A stretch of DNA of 64,000 nucleotides from Spirochaetia bacterium (GCA_965203055.1 OZ241863.1:96001-160000), one strand, 5' to 3'; shown: positions 1-9,303, numbered from the stretch's first letter. Notes: a model not told the origin generated them from the letters alone. A program made the numbers and translations.

Positions 1-62
1 TGGAGTCGGAGGTCGTGGCGGATCGCCTATTGCTGACGTACTAAGCTCCTGATGGCGATCAG

Positions 63-2357
63 TCAGATGGAGGAAGCTTCAAGGGCATCCCAAAATCGCC
101 GTATCTGTGGCGGCACGTCGCTTGCTTTGTTTGCTCCTGACATGATCTTTTCCGGCGGAAACTGTCTGCGCAAGAACTCCTTGGCTGGCCCTGAAGCTGA
201 TTTTCGATCGATCGTCACTATACCGTGCTCAAGGAGAAGCCTGCGTAACCTGCGCCAGCGCCAGGAATCATGAAACAGACGACCCCCATCATCAACGTCG
301 TAGATCGGATTCGCTCGCTCGTATGCGCGCATCAGCCATTCGAGCAATTCCATTGATCGATCCGACACGTTCCGCCTATCTTGATCTGAATCAGTATCTA
401 CCGATGTTCCACAATCGGACAGCACACGCATGATCTTATCGGGAATACGTATTGTCTCCTTTCCCTTATCGATCAGACTCTGAACTCCAGCGACATCACG
501 TGGAACCCGGAGTCCATTCAGTTCCAGCCGGGTGCTCCCGACCTCCACCATTGGCTCCTCGAGCAAGATGTTGTGTGCGTAACACTCTACAAACTTCGTG
601 GCTCCCAAATTCGTCCGTCGTACTGTAACGCCGTCCAGCGTACAATTTCGCAAAGTGACGCCGGAAAGATCACCGCCGGGAAAGATTACGTTACTTATCT
701 TGAGCCCTGCTATGTCAGCCTCGTTGTTCGACCCGAATGCCTTCAACAAGGCCAAGACGATCAGTCCGGCATTTTCCCGAACCTGAGACGCTCGTCGCCA
801 TTCGTCACGTCCCGCCATCGCCAGACGGTTCAGCATTACTTGAAGATCATCAAGAGTTGACAAGGTGTCGTTTGTCATCACCTCTGCTGCAAATCGTTCA
901 GCGACCAACTCGGGCAACGCAGCGCGACTCAGGATCGCACGCAGGTCTGAATTCGAACCGTACTGCTCGGCAATAACACGGGCAAGGAAGTAGAAGAAAT
1001 AGACCTCATGCTCGAACCCGATCGTCTCATGCTTCTCACTGTGGGTGAGAAATGCAAGTGTCGGCATCCGTTCAATGATGATCTGTCTCTCAGACTCGTC
1101 AATTTCATCGTGAAGAAAAAACTCTGCGACTTCCCTTACGGATACACCATCGAGCTCGCGGGTCTCCTGGTTCCACATCTCTTCGGCAAGTTCTCGTACG
1201 ATCATTTCAAGCTGATCTTCGGACAACAGCGGTCGCTGTTGGCGATCGAGGATCTTCTCCGCCTGTTCCCGCTTCAGGAAGCTATGGATCAAGGTGTCAA
1301 GCAAGTTGCCATCTTCAGAAAATTCGCTACCCGTTAGTACCAAATCGACAGTCTTGGCAAAGAACAGCGGCTTATCCATGAGATGACTATCTTGTTGGAA
1401 CGCCGCGCGGACTTTTTTTCGTAACTCATTCTTCCTTTCCGTCGGCAGCGAGTATTGACGCGCGATCTCATTCAGGTAGTCTGACCGGTGGGCGTCGTCC
1501 CACGGCGCTATCTCCACGGGTATGTGCGACCATCGCTGTTTCCCCGTCGCAGCGGCTCGGTCGGCGCGCCGGAGGAACTCTTCCTCGTAATAAGTTGATC
1601 TAGCTGAGGTAATTATTCTACCGTAGCCATCCAGTTGTTCCAGAAAAGTCGCCAGAGTACTGAAGGCGTCATCATACCCACTGACCCCTAGAAGCTCGTC
1701 GAATCCGTCTATCACGGGCACCAACAGTCCTACGCGGACCAGGGTTGCAACGGAATGGTAAGTCAGGTTGACCCTCAGATCCTGCAGTTCCGTAGCAAGC
1801 GCTTCGTGCAGCCGCGCCAGGGCGCGGCCTTGCGCATTCACATATAGCAGCAACTTTCCCGTACTGCCGCGCAGGTACCGGTCGGCCTGTTGCCAGACCA
1901 GCTCCTGTAGCACCCGCGTCTTGCCGGCGCCGGCGCCGCCGGTGGCCATGATGACCTCGGTCACATCAGGCTCGTCATCTTCCATGAGTTCAGTGAGCAA
2001 CTCCGTGGCGGGTTGGGGTCCTTTCAGCACCCCGCCCCCATCCGGGCAGCGAGCTCCGGTAGGAACGAATATTTTGTCTTGTCTGGACCGATAGATCATG
2101 CGAGCGACATGCTTCAGATCTGCCATCCGTGTATCCGCAAGAAAAACGGTATACGGCAGGGTCGTACCGTTGGCGCTTGCGGTAACCTCGTGGTCTCGCG
2201 AAACCGTAAAATTAGCTTCCCGAGGTTCGCCGCGCATTTGCCACTCGGCCTGGAGTCTCCTCCCCGTTGCAGAGATCACGTGGATACCACCCGGGTCTGC
2301 AAATGACGTCAGGTCGCTTTCGATGCGCTCGAGGTCTGCGTCGTATGTCTCGCGCAC
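63..2357 (-). CDS. NACHT/STAND-like P-loop NTPase with C-terminal pentapeptide-like repeats
   Basis: Walker A GGAGAGKT, Walker B LVPVIDGFDEL, IITSARS sensor-like strand, KPLF (GxP-like position), FEHEVYFFYFLA wHTH-like motif, then FPGGDLSGVTLRNCTLDGVTVRRTNLGATKF repeat-like stretch. GTG start at 2357 is preceded by GGGAG and lies 4 nt after the upstream stop (the ORF track starts at 2414). Confidence 0.75.
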   Translation of the reverse strand: MRETYDADLERIESDLTSFADPGGIHVISATGRRLQAEWQMRGEPREANFTVSRDHEVTASANGTTLPYTVFLADTRMADLKHVARMIYRSRQDKIFVPTGARCPDGGGVLKGPQPATELLTELMEDDEPDVTEVIMATGGAGAGKTRVLQELVWQQADRYLRGSTGKLLLYVNAQGRALARLHEALATELQDLRVNLTYHSVATLVRVGLLVPVIDGFDELLGVSGYDDAFSTLATFLEQLDGYGRIITSARSTYYEEEFLRRADRAAATGKQRWSHIPVEIAPWDDAHRSDYLNEIARQYSLPTERKNELRKKVRAAFQQDSHLMDKPLFFAKTVDLVLTGSEFSEDGNLLDTLIHSFLKREQAEKILDRQQRPLLSEDQLEMIVRELAEEMWNQETRELDGVSVREVAEFFLHDEIDESERQIIIERMPTLAFLTHSEKHETIGFEHEVYFFYFLARVIAEQYGSNSDLRAILSRAALPELVAERFAAEVMTNDTLSTLDDLQVMLNRLAMAGRDEWRRASQVRENAGLIVLALLKAFGSNNEADIAGLKISNVIFPGGDLSGVTLRNCTLDGVTVRRTNLGATKFVECYAHNILLEEPMVEVGSTRLELNGLRVPRDVAGVQSLIDKGKETIRIPDKIMRVLSDCGTSVDTDSDQDRRNVSDRSMELLEWLMRAYERANPIYDVDDGGRLFHDSWRWRRLRRLLLEHGIVTIDRKSASGPAKEFLRRQFPPEKIMSGANKASDVPPQIRRFWDALEASSI

Positions 2358-2361
2358 TTGA

Positions 2362-2961
2362 TCAGCTCCCCAGTTGATGGACGGTAAGCCCCTCGCTGAC
2401 CAGCGCAGCGTCATTCATCGCTGAACCGACCTCTCTGGTACGCATCCATACGACCGCATCGGGGTGGCCTGCGTGCGCTGAGAGCGCGCCCGGGAGAAGA
2501 TCGTCATCGTCTGTCACAATGCCAACACAGGTCCGCGCCTGCGCCGCGGCATATAGCGCATCGCAGGCCAGCATGCCGTCTACCATTTTCTGTACGTAGC
2601 GGCGGTCGGTGCCGCTCCCGGTGGGAGGCCGCATCCGGCGCCGCACCGTGCCTCGCGGGTGAAACATCGGGAATTGGATCATCGAGGTGGCAAGCGCCGG
2701 ACGGACGATCAGGCCATTGCGCCGGCCGCGCAGCACCGGCAGCAACTCATGCAGCCATGACGCATGGCGGCTCGGCCATCCCTGCTCAGTGATCCATCCT
2801 CCGTACAGCCGGAGATCGAGCTCGCGCGCGTCCGGGAACAGGGTTGCGAACGCGCGAGACACCTGCTCCACGATGGTCAGAGTAACGAGTTCCAGATCAG
2901 CTTTCGAGTTCTGGTCACGGCGGCGAAAATTGTACCAGTCGACAAGAGCCAGCCCTTGCAT
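2362..2961 (-). CDS. NYN/LabA-like PIN-fold nuclease
   Basis: Acidic motifs LALVDWYN, LRLYGGW, QKMVDGMLACD and IVTDDDDLLP match the NYN catalytic layout (DxxN ... K.VD ... [ST]xDxD). Confidence 0.7.
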   Translation of the reverse strand: MQGLALVDWYNFRRRDQNSKADLELVTLTIVEQVSRAFATLFPDARELDLRLYGGWITEQGWPSRHASWLHELLPVLRGRRNGLIVRPALATSMIQFPMFHPRGTVRRRMRPPTGSGTDRRYVQKMVDGMLACDALYAAAQARTCVGIVTDDDDLLPGALSAHAGHPDAVVWMRTREVGSAMNDAALVSEGLTVHQLGS

Positions 2962-3105
2962 GAGTTACTACCCAACCCAATATACGACCTGGAGCGGGGG
3001 GTCAGCTTTGGGAAGCGGCCGGCCCGCCCGGTAGTGGTACGCGACGGGCCGGCTGCCGGTAATGGTGACGGAGGCGCTCCGGTTGCCGTTAGCCCACCCG
3101 CCTGA

Positions 3106-3189
3106 TGCCCGGAAGAGGACTCGAACCTCCACAGCCGTACGGCCACCAGACCCTGAACCTGGCGTGTCTACCAATTTCACCATCCGGGC
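3106..3189 (-). tRNA. tRNA-Leu(CAG)
   Basis: GCCCGGA acceptor stem, D-loop TTGGTAGAC, anticodon arm CCAGG-TT-CAG-GG-TCTGG, long variable arm, GGTTCGAGTCC T-loop. The discriminator A is followed by TCA, so CCA is not encoded. Confidence 0.95.
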
Positions 3190-3203
3190 AGGATGACGGT
3201 AAC

Positions 3204-3232
3204 AACCTACCCCTGCCCGGCACTCCTGTCAA
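3204..3232 (-). promoter_or_regulatory. sigma70-type promoter of tRNA-Leu
   Basis: TTGACA (3232-3227), 17 nt, TAGGTT (3209-3204), 14 nt upstream of the tRNA. Confidence 0.7.
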
Positions 3233-3283
3233 GACCTTGAGACGAGACGAGACGAGATCTGCGCCGCGCGGCGGGAGCGCCGG

Positions 3284-4915
3284 TCAGGCGGGGGCGGCGG
3301 CCCCCTGGCCGACGGTATCGGTCGGGCCGGTGAAGCCGGGACCGCCGGCCGCCACGTAGCCGCGGCTGGCGCCGGAGCGGTCCGGGCTCACCCAGAAGGA
3401 GTACAGCGCCGCGTCGCGCAGGTGGAAGCGCAGCCGCACCGGCCGGCCCGCGAGTTCCGCCAGGCCGCCGGCATTGCCCCAGGTGACCGCCTGCCGGGTG
3501 GCATCGCCGGTCACCGGCGCGCAGCGCTCGCGTGAGCAATGGCCGAGCGGGTTGCCGGCGGCGTCCAGCGCCTCCACCCGCAGCTCGCCGCCCGCCGCGG
3601 CGGCGTTGACGAACAGGTGGCGGCCGCTGAAGCGCAGCGGGCGGGTGGTCAACGTGCCGCCGTCGGCGCCGGCCGCATGGGACACGAAGCCGTCGCGGCG
3701 CAGGGTCGCCAGGCCGGTGCTGCCGCCGGCGTACATGTGCGCGCCGAGCTTCGGCGAGACGCCGGAGAAGGCGCCGAAGTAGAGGTAGAGCCGGTCGCCG
3801 ACGATCAGACAGCACCCGCCGCAGGAGTGGATGTAGTCGCGGTTCCAGTCGCCCGGCTGGTGGGTGCCGGCCACGATCGGCAGGCGGTCGCGGCGGTCGA
3901 AGTGGAACCCGTCCCGGCTGTAGCCCACCAGCAGCTCGGTGATCTTGGGAAACCCGCCGGCCTCGCAGATCTCGTTGGGCGGCCCGCGGTGGATCATGAA
4001 GAAACCCAGCATGAGACTCTCGTAGCCCACGGCATCGATGTTGTAGAGCTGGGTCGGGTAACCGTGTTCCGGGGCCGGCGGGTCCAGATCGTCGGCGCCG
4101 GCCCAGTGGGCGACTTGCTCCGGTTCCCAGGCGGCGCCGGCGAACAGGTCCGGGTGCTCGTGGTAGCCGCGCAGGCGCCCGACCGCCGGAGCGCTGGTGC
4201 GGATGCTGTATACCCAGCGCTTGCGGAACGGGTTGTAGAAGATGGTGGTATTGTCGCCGCCGCGGCCGGTGGCGGCGCGTTCGCGCCAGTGGATGCCGTC
4301 CGCCGAGGAATAGACGTGGCCGCCCACCCACTCGTTGGCGGTGCCGGGGCCGCCCAGCTCGCCGTAGCGGAAGCCGGCGCCGCGCCGGCGGTGGTAGGCG
4401 AACATCTTGAAGCGTTCCGCGGCGCGCGCGGCCTCCTGATCGAGCCATACTCCGACGCCGTCCCGCTGATAGCTGGGCCGTAGCGGCAGCACCCGGTTGG
4501 TACCCGGCTCCACGTCCAACTCCGGGCGCTCCCAATGCACGCCGTCGCGGCTGGTGGCCAACGCCACTCCGTCGAACCAGCCGGCGTGGTACCACAGCTT
4601 GAACAGCCCGTCCGCCGGATCGTAGAAGGCGCCGTCCTTGAATGGGCAGGCCGTGGGACACAGCCCGAAGTTCATTTCCAACGGGGTCTCCGGCACCAGC
4701 ACCGGGCTTGCCTCGTGCAGCACCGGGGTATGGAACTCGCGCCGCAGGGAACTCTCGGCGATCAGAAACTCATCCACCAGGAGTTGCCGCCCCACGTCGA
4801 TGGGGATCACCGCCGGCGGCCGCTCCAGGTAGGGGACCGGCCCCGGCTCCCGCGCCTCGCGCGCCAGCCCGCGCGGCGGCCACTCCGCAGGTTGCTCGAT
4901 CCCGTTGTAGCTCAC
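3284..4915 (-). CDS. Beta-propeller glycoside hydrolase-like protein (GH32/GH43-like clan)
   Basis: Repeated Asp-box-like motifs SRDGVHW, SADGIHW, SRDGFHF; typical GRQLLVDEFLI N-terminus and LRRDGFVS...LYSFW C-terminal domain. GTG start overlaps the MazG stop (GTGA). Confidence 0.6.
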   Translation of the reverse strand: MSYNGIEQPAEWPPRGLAREAREPGPVPYLERPPAVIPIDVGRQLLVDEFLIAESSLRREFHTPVLHEASPVLVPETPLEMNFGLCPTACPFKDGAFYDPADGLFKLWYHAGWFDGVALATSRDGVHWERPELDVEPGTNRVLPLRPSYQRDGVGVWLDQEAARAAERFKMFAYHRRRGAGFRYGELGGPGTANEWVGGHVYSSADGIHWRERAATGRGGDNTTIFYNPFRKRWVYSIRTSAPAVGRLRGYHEHPDLFAGAAWEPEQVAHWAGADDLDPPAPEHGYPTQLYNIDAVGYESLMLGFFMIHRGPPNEICEAGGFPKITELLVGYSRDGFHFDRRDRLPIVAGTHQPGDWNRDYIHSCGGCCLIVGDRLYLYFGAFSGVSPKLGAHMYAGGSTGLATLRRDGFVSHAAGADGGTLTTRPLRFSGRHLFVNAAAAGGELRVEALDAAGNPLGHCSRERCAPVTGDATRQAVTWGNAGGLAELAGRPVRLRFHLRDAALYSFWVSPDRSGASRGYVAAGGPGFTGPTDTVGQGAAAPA

Positions 4916-5298
4916 CGCGCCTGTTTCTCCCGTGCCTTCGCCGTTGCCCATATCCGCTTCGCTTCCTCCTCGGTGACTTCGGTGCCGTCGAACACGAACG
5001 GCTTGCGCCGCTGCATCTTGGCCACCACCTGATCCAGCACTTCATGCGCCGCGAAGTAGCCGCTACGTTCCGCCAACAGCGCGCAGACTACGACGTCCCA
5101 CAGCAGATCGCCAAGTTCCTCGCGGAGATTCTCGTGGTCGCGGTTGGCGACCGCGAGCAGTACCTCGTCGGCTTCGGCGCGCAGCTCCGCCGCGTACTGC
5201 TCCACGGTGCGCGTCGTGGTCCACGGGCAGCGGGCCAGCACCTTGCGCGCCGCGGCCGCCAGTTCCACAAAGCTCTCCGTCACGAGTCGTTCGCTCAT
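4912..5298 (-). CDS. Single-domain MazG nucleotide pyrophosphohydrolase
   Basis: CPW, EADEV and LREELGDLLW motifs; KMQRRKPFVF ending. Confidence 0.8.
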   Translation of the reverse strand: MSERLVTESFVELAAAARKVLARCPWTTTRTVEQYAAELRAEADEVLLAVANRDHENLREELGDLLWDVVVCALLAERSGYFAAHEVLDQVVAKMQRRKPFVFDGTEVTEEEAKRIWATAKAREKQAR

Positions 5299-5428
5299 CT
5301 GGAATCTCATCATCATTATATGCTGCGGCTGCCGGCTCCGCATCGGAGCCGCTGCCCGCCGCCGGCGGTGAATGAATGGACCCGGTCGATTCGGCCGTGG
5401 TATGACCCACGGCGTGGAGCAGCTCCCA

Positions 5429-5893
5429 ATGATCTCCCTGCGCGTCAACGGCGCGGCGCGCCGCGTGCCGGCGCCGCCCGACACCCCGTTGCTGCTGGTG
5501 CTGCGCAACGACCTGCAGCTCGGCAGCCCCAAGTACGGCTGCGGCGCGGAGCAGTGCGGGGCCTGCATGGTGCTGATCGACGGCAACGCGGCGCCCACCT
5601 GCCGGCTGCCGGTGAGCGCCGCCGCGGGGCGCGAGATCGTCACCGTCGAAGGGCTGGCGCCGGGCAGCGCCCTGCACCCGGTTCAGCAGGCGTTCATCGA
5701 CGGCAACGCAGTGCAGTGCGGCTACTGCGCGAGCGGCGTAATGATTGCGGGCGCGGCGCTGCTGGCGCGCAACCCGACGCCCACGCGGGCCGAGATCCAG
5801 GCGGCCCTGGACCGCAACATCTGCCGGTGCGGGGCGCACAACCGCATGATCGCCGCGCTCCGGCGGGCCGCGGCCGCCGCGGCCGCGGACTGA
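5429..5893 (+). CDS. (2Fe-2S)-binding small subunit, molybdenum hydroxylase (IorA/NicA-like)
   Basis: KYGCGAEQCGAC, QCGYC and NICRC motifs; GGAG upstream of ATG 5429. Confidence 0.9.
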   Translation: MISLRVNGAARRVPAPPDTPLLLVLRNDLQLGSPKYGCGAEQCGACMVLIDGNAAPTCRLPVSAAAGREIVTVEGLAPGSALHPVQQAFIDGNAVQCGYCASGVMIAGAALLARNPTPTRAEIQAALDRNICRCGAHNRMIAALRRAAAAAAAD

Positions 5894-5901
5894 CCCGGCG
5901 C

Positions 5902-8004
5902 ATGACCGCCGAGGTCAGCGCCCGCCTGCGCTTCGCGCCCGACGGCACGCTCACCGTGCTCAGCGGCAAGGTAGAGCTGGGCCAGGGCCTGCGCGACGCC
6001 CTGACCCTGATCTGCAGCACCGAACTGTCGCTCGACGCGCGCCGCATCCGCGTGCGCTGCGGCGACACCGGGCTGACCCCGGACGACGGCCTTACCGCGG
6101 GCAGCAACTCGATGGAGCAGACCGGCGCCGCGGTGCGCGCCGCGGCCGTTGCGGCCCGCGACGAGTTGCTGCGCCGGGCGGCGGCGCGCTGGCAGGCGCC
6201 GCCCGGCGAGCTCGTAGCGCGCGCCGGCCGCGTCCGGCGGCGGGACGGGGAGGGCGCCGCGCTCGACTACTGGGAGCTCCTCGACGCCGGCGAGATGGAG
6301 GATCTGCCTCCCGCGCCGCGGGAAGAGCGCGCGCCGGCGGGGCGGGTGGCGGCGCTGGTGAGTGGGTGCGACACCTTCGTGCATGATCTGCGGCTGCCCG
6401 GCATGGCGCATGGCCGCGTGCTGCGGCCGCCGGGCTACGGCCGGCGGCTGACGCGCCTCGATGACCGCGCCGCCGGCGCCATGCGCGGCGTCCTGGCGGT
6501 GGTGGTCGACGGCAGCTTCGCCGGCGTGGTGGCGGAGCGCGAGGAGCAGGCGATCGCCGCCCGCGACGTGCTGGCCGGCGGCGCTCGCTGGCAGGCGCCC
6601 GCCGATGCCGCGCTGCCGGCCTCCGGCCGCGCCGCCCTGGCCGAGGCCGCGGCCCACGCTACGCCGATCCTCGACCGCGGGACGGCGCCGGCGCAGGCCG
6701 TGGCGGCAACGCTCAGCGCCACCTACTCGCGGCCGTTTCTGCTGCACGCGGCGTTGGGCCCCTCGGCCGCGGCGGCGCGCCTGGACGCCGCGGGGCGGCT
6801 CACCGTCTGGTCGCACACCCAGGGGCCGTTTCAACTGCGCGCCGCGCTGGCCGACGCGCTGGCGCGGGAGCCGGCCGGCATCCGGGTAATCCACGTCGAC
6901 GGGGCCGGCTGCTACGGCCACAACGGCGCCGACGACGCGGCGTTGGACGCGGCGCTGCTGGCCCTGGCGGTGCCCGGGCGGCCGGTGCTGGTCAAGTGGA
7001 CGCGAACCGACGAGAACCGGTGGGAGCCGTTCGGCAGCGCGATGATCGTCACCTGCGCCGCCGACCTGGACGCCGCCGGCAGCGTGCTGCATTGGCGCCA
7101 TGAGGTGCGCAGCTACCCCCACGGCGCCCGCCCGCGCGCCGCGCCGGGACACTCGGCGCTGCTGGCCGCCTGGCACCGGCGCCGCGCGCTGGCGCCGCCG
7201 CCGGTGCGCAACAGCCGCGGCCTGACCGCCGGTCCGCAGCGCAACGCCGAGCCGCCGTACCGGTTCCCGCGGGTAAGCGTGGTTACCCACTTCGTACCCG
7301 AGGCCCCGGTGCGAGTCTCCGCCCTGCGCAGCCTCGGCGCCTACGCCAACGTGTTCGCCGCCGAGTCGTTCATGGATGAGCTGGCAGCCTGCGCCGGCGC
7401 CGATCCGGTGTCCTATCGGCTGCGCCACTTGCGCGACCACCGCGCGCGTGACGTGCTGGCCGCGGCGGTCGCCGCGGCGCCGGCCGCCGGAGGCGGGAGG
7501 TATCGCGGGCGCGGCGTCGGGCTGGCGCGCTACAAGAACCTGCAGAGCTACGTCGCCGTGGTGTGCGACGCGGCGGTGGATCCCGGCAGCGGGCGCATCC
7601 GCCTCGAACACGCCGCCATTGCCGCCGACGCCGGCCGCATCATCGATCGCGACGGTCTTGCCAACCAGCTCGAAGGGGGCTTCCTGCAGGCCGCGAGCTG
7701 GACGCTGAAGGAAGCGGTACGCTGGGACCACGCGGGAATGACCGGTACCGACTGGGATTCCTATCCGGTGCTGCGCTTCAGCGAGGTGCCGCCGGTTGCG
7801 CTGCGCCTGCTCGACCGGCCGGAACTGCCCAGCCTGGGCGCCGGCGAAGCCGCCCACGGTCCGGCCGCGGCGGCCATCGCCAACGCCGCGGCGGCCGCGG
7901 CCGGAGTGCGCCTGCGGCACACCCCGTTCACGCCGGCGCGGGTAATGGCGGCCCTCACTGCCGGCCCGGACGCGCGCACACCTCGGCCAGCGCCGCCACG
8001 GTAG
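5902..8004 (+). CDS. Molybdopterin-binding large subunit, xanthine dehydrogenase family (IorB/NicB-like)
   Basis: GKVELGQG, TAGSNS, GAGCYGHNGADD, SALRSLGA, QLEGG and GAGE motifs; this is the 3' part of the 4642..8004 ORF. Confidence 0.85.
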   Translation: MTAEVSARLRFAPDGTLTVLSGKVELGQGLRDALTLICSTELSLDARRIRVRCGDTGLTPDDGLTAGSNSMEQTGAAVRAAAVAARDELLRRAAARWQAPPGELVARAGRVRRRDGEGAALDYWELLDAGEMEDLPPAPREERAPAGRVAALVSGCDTFVHDLRLPGMAHGRVLRPPGYGRRLTRLDDRAAGAMRGVLAVVVDGSFAGVVAEREEQAIAARDVLAGGARWQAPADAALPASGRAALAEAAAHATPILDRGTAPAQAVAATLSATYSRPFLLHAALGPSAAAARLDAAGRLTVWSHTQGPFQLRAALADALAREPAGIRVIHVDGAGCYGHNGADDAALDAALLALAVPGRPVLVKWTRTDENRWEPFGSAMIVTCAADLDAAGSVLHWRHEVRSYPHGARPRAAPGHSALLAAWHRRRALAPPPVRNSRGLTAGPQRNAEPPYRFPRVSVVTHFVPEAPVRVSALRSLGAYANVFAAESFMDELAACAGADPVSYRLRHLRDHRARDVLAAAVAAAPAAGGGRYRGRGVGLARYKNLQSYVAVVCDAAVDPGSGRIRLEHAAIAADAGRIIDRDGLANQLEGGFLQAASWTLKEAVRWDHAGMTGTDWDSYPVLRFSEVPPVALRLLDRPELPSLGAGEAAHGPAAAAIANAAAAAAGVRLRHTPFTPARVMAALTAGPDARTPRPAPPR

Positions 8005-8875
8005 TCTCCAGGCTGCGCGAGGTGTCCACCGCCTCCTCCGGTTCCGCCGCAAAGGGAGTGGCGCTGAGCAGCTCGTAGAGCGCCGCGGCGCCGTGGAGGA
8101 ACTGGCCGGGGACTCCCACCGACTCGAAGGTCGCCGCGATCTGGCGCATCTCCTCGATCCAGCGCGGCGCCTTGGCGGGCAGCGCCGGCAACGCGCGGCG
8201 CCGCGCCGCCCAGGCCGCGCCCTGGCTCTCCGCCAGCTCCGCGGCAAGCGCCTGGTCCACCCCCAACCGGCTGGCGGCGGCGAGTTGGGCCAACTGCAGC
8301 GCCGCGCTGCCCTTGGTGACCGCCGCATAGCACATCTTGAGGGCGGACGCGCGCCCGACCGCGCCGCCGAGGTCGCGCACCACCAGGCCGCCGCCTTGCA
8401 GCGGCGCCAGCAGGTGGGCGGCCGGTCCCGAGGCGTAGAAGCGCGGCCCGGAGCCGTTGGCGGGCGGCCCGCCGATGATGCCGGCGTCGACGTAGGCCGC
8501 GCCGGCGCCGCGGATCATGTCGGCGATGCGGGCCGTGGTAGCGGGCGCAATTGCGTTGCAGTCGGCGTAGGGCGGGATGGCTCCGGTTGCGATCATGGCA
8601 TTTGCGGCCGCCCGCGCGGCCGCGACCGCAGCCGCCGGCGGGAGAATCGACAACACCAGATCGGCGGCCCCGACCACGGTCTTGATCCCGCCCAGGTTGC
8701 GGATCCCGGCCTGCGTCGCCAGCCTGCGGGTACGCGGCGAACGGCCCGCCAAGGCGGTAACGACGGTGAAGCCGCGGCTGCCGAGCAGCCGGCCTACGGC
8801 ATGCCCCATGTTGCCGGGGCTGATGATGGCGATGATCTTCAAACGTTGACCTCCTCTCTTCGAAAACGTCTTCAT
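7955..8875 (-). CDS. NAD(P)-dependent oxidoreductase (3-hydroxyisobutyrate/6PGD-like, DUF1932-type C-terminus)
   Basis: SPGNMG Rossmann motif, YVDAGIIGGPP, ASALKMCYA, RWIEEMRQIA. Confidence 0.8.
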   Translation of the reverse strand: MKTFSKRGGQRLKIIAIISPGNMGHAVGRLLGSRGFTVVTALAGRSPRTRRLATQAGIRNLGGIKTVVGAADLVLSILPPAAAVAAARAAANAMIATGAIPPYADCNAIAPATTARIADMIRGAGAAYVDAGIIGGPPANGSGPRFYASGPAAHLLAPLQGGGLVVRDLGGAVGRASALKMCYAAVTKGSAALQLAQLAAASRLGVDQALAAELAESQGAAWAARRRALPALPAKAPRWIEEMRQIAATFESVGVPGQFLHGAAALYELLSATPFAAEPEEAVDTSRSLETTVAALAEVCARPGRQ

Positions 8876-9303
8876 TCTTCGGCCGCGGGCTCGGTCCGCT
8901 GGCGCTTGACCGCCGCGCGGCGCGTCTTGTCCTGCAGGCGCCGCTCGCGGGCGGCGCGGGAGGGCCGCGTCGCCCGCCGCGGCCGCGGCGTCTCGAGGGC
9001 GCGCGCAATGGCGGCCGCCAGCCGCGCCCGCGCGTCACGGCGATTGGCCTCCCGGGTACGAAAGCGGCGCGCGGTGATGATCAAGGCCCCGCCGGCGGTG
9101 ACGCGCGCGCCAAGGCTGCTCAGCAACCGCTCCCGCACCTCGGGCGGCAGGGCCGGCGAGCCGGCCACGTCGAAGCGGAGCTGCACCGCGGTGGCGACCT
9201 TGTTCACGTTCTGTCCGCCCGGCCCGCGGCTGAGGATGAAGCGCTCGGCGAGCTCATCCTCCGGAATGGCCAGACCGGATGTGACCTGCACCATGGCGGT
9301 CAT
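8872..9303 (-). CDS. arfB: Alternative ribosome rescue peptidyl-tRNA hydrolase ArfB
   Basis: GPGGQNVNKVAT with GGQ, and a basic C-terminal tail RRATRPSRAARERRL. Alternative start at 9294. Confidence 0.92.
   Translation of the reverse strand: MTAMVQVTSGLAIPEDELAERFILSRGPGGQNVNKVATAVQLRFDVAGSPALPPEVRERLLSSLGARVTAGGALIITARRFRTREANRRDARARLAAAIARALETPRPRRATRPSRAARERRLQDKTRRAAVKRQRTEPAAEE

Noticed and set aside
1..44. Possible 3' end of a + strand gene (ESEVVADRLLLTY*)
   Set aside because: Too short to support a call.
3239..3257. (GAGAC)3 microsatellite upstream of the tRNA-Leu promoter
   Set aside because: Only three units; not CRISPR-like and no evidence of function.
4642..8328. Very long Arg/Ala/Pro-rich ORFs (e.g. 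5722..8328 -, the 5' part of 4642..8004, and similar ones such as 26508..29381 and 47287..49875)
   Set aside because: These are shadow frames of real genes; stop codons are rare at this GC content and they carry no motifs.
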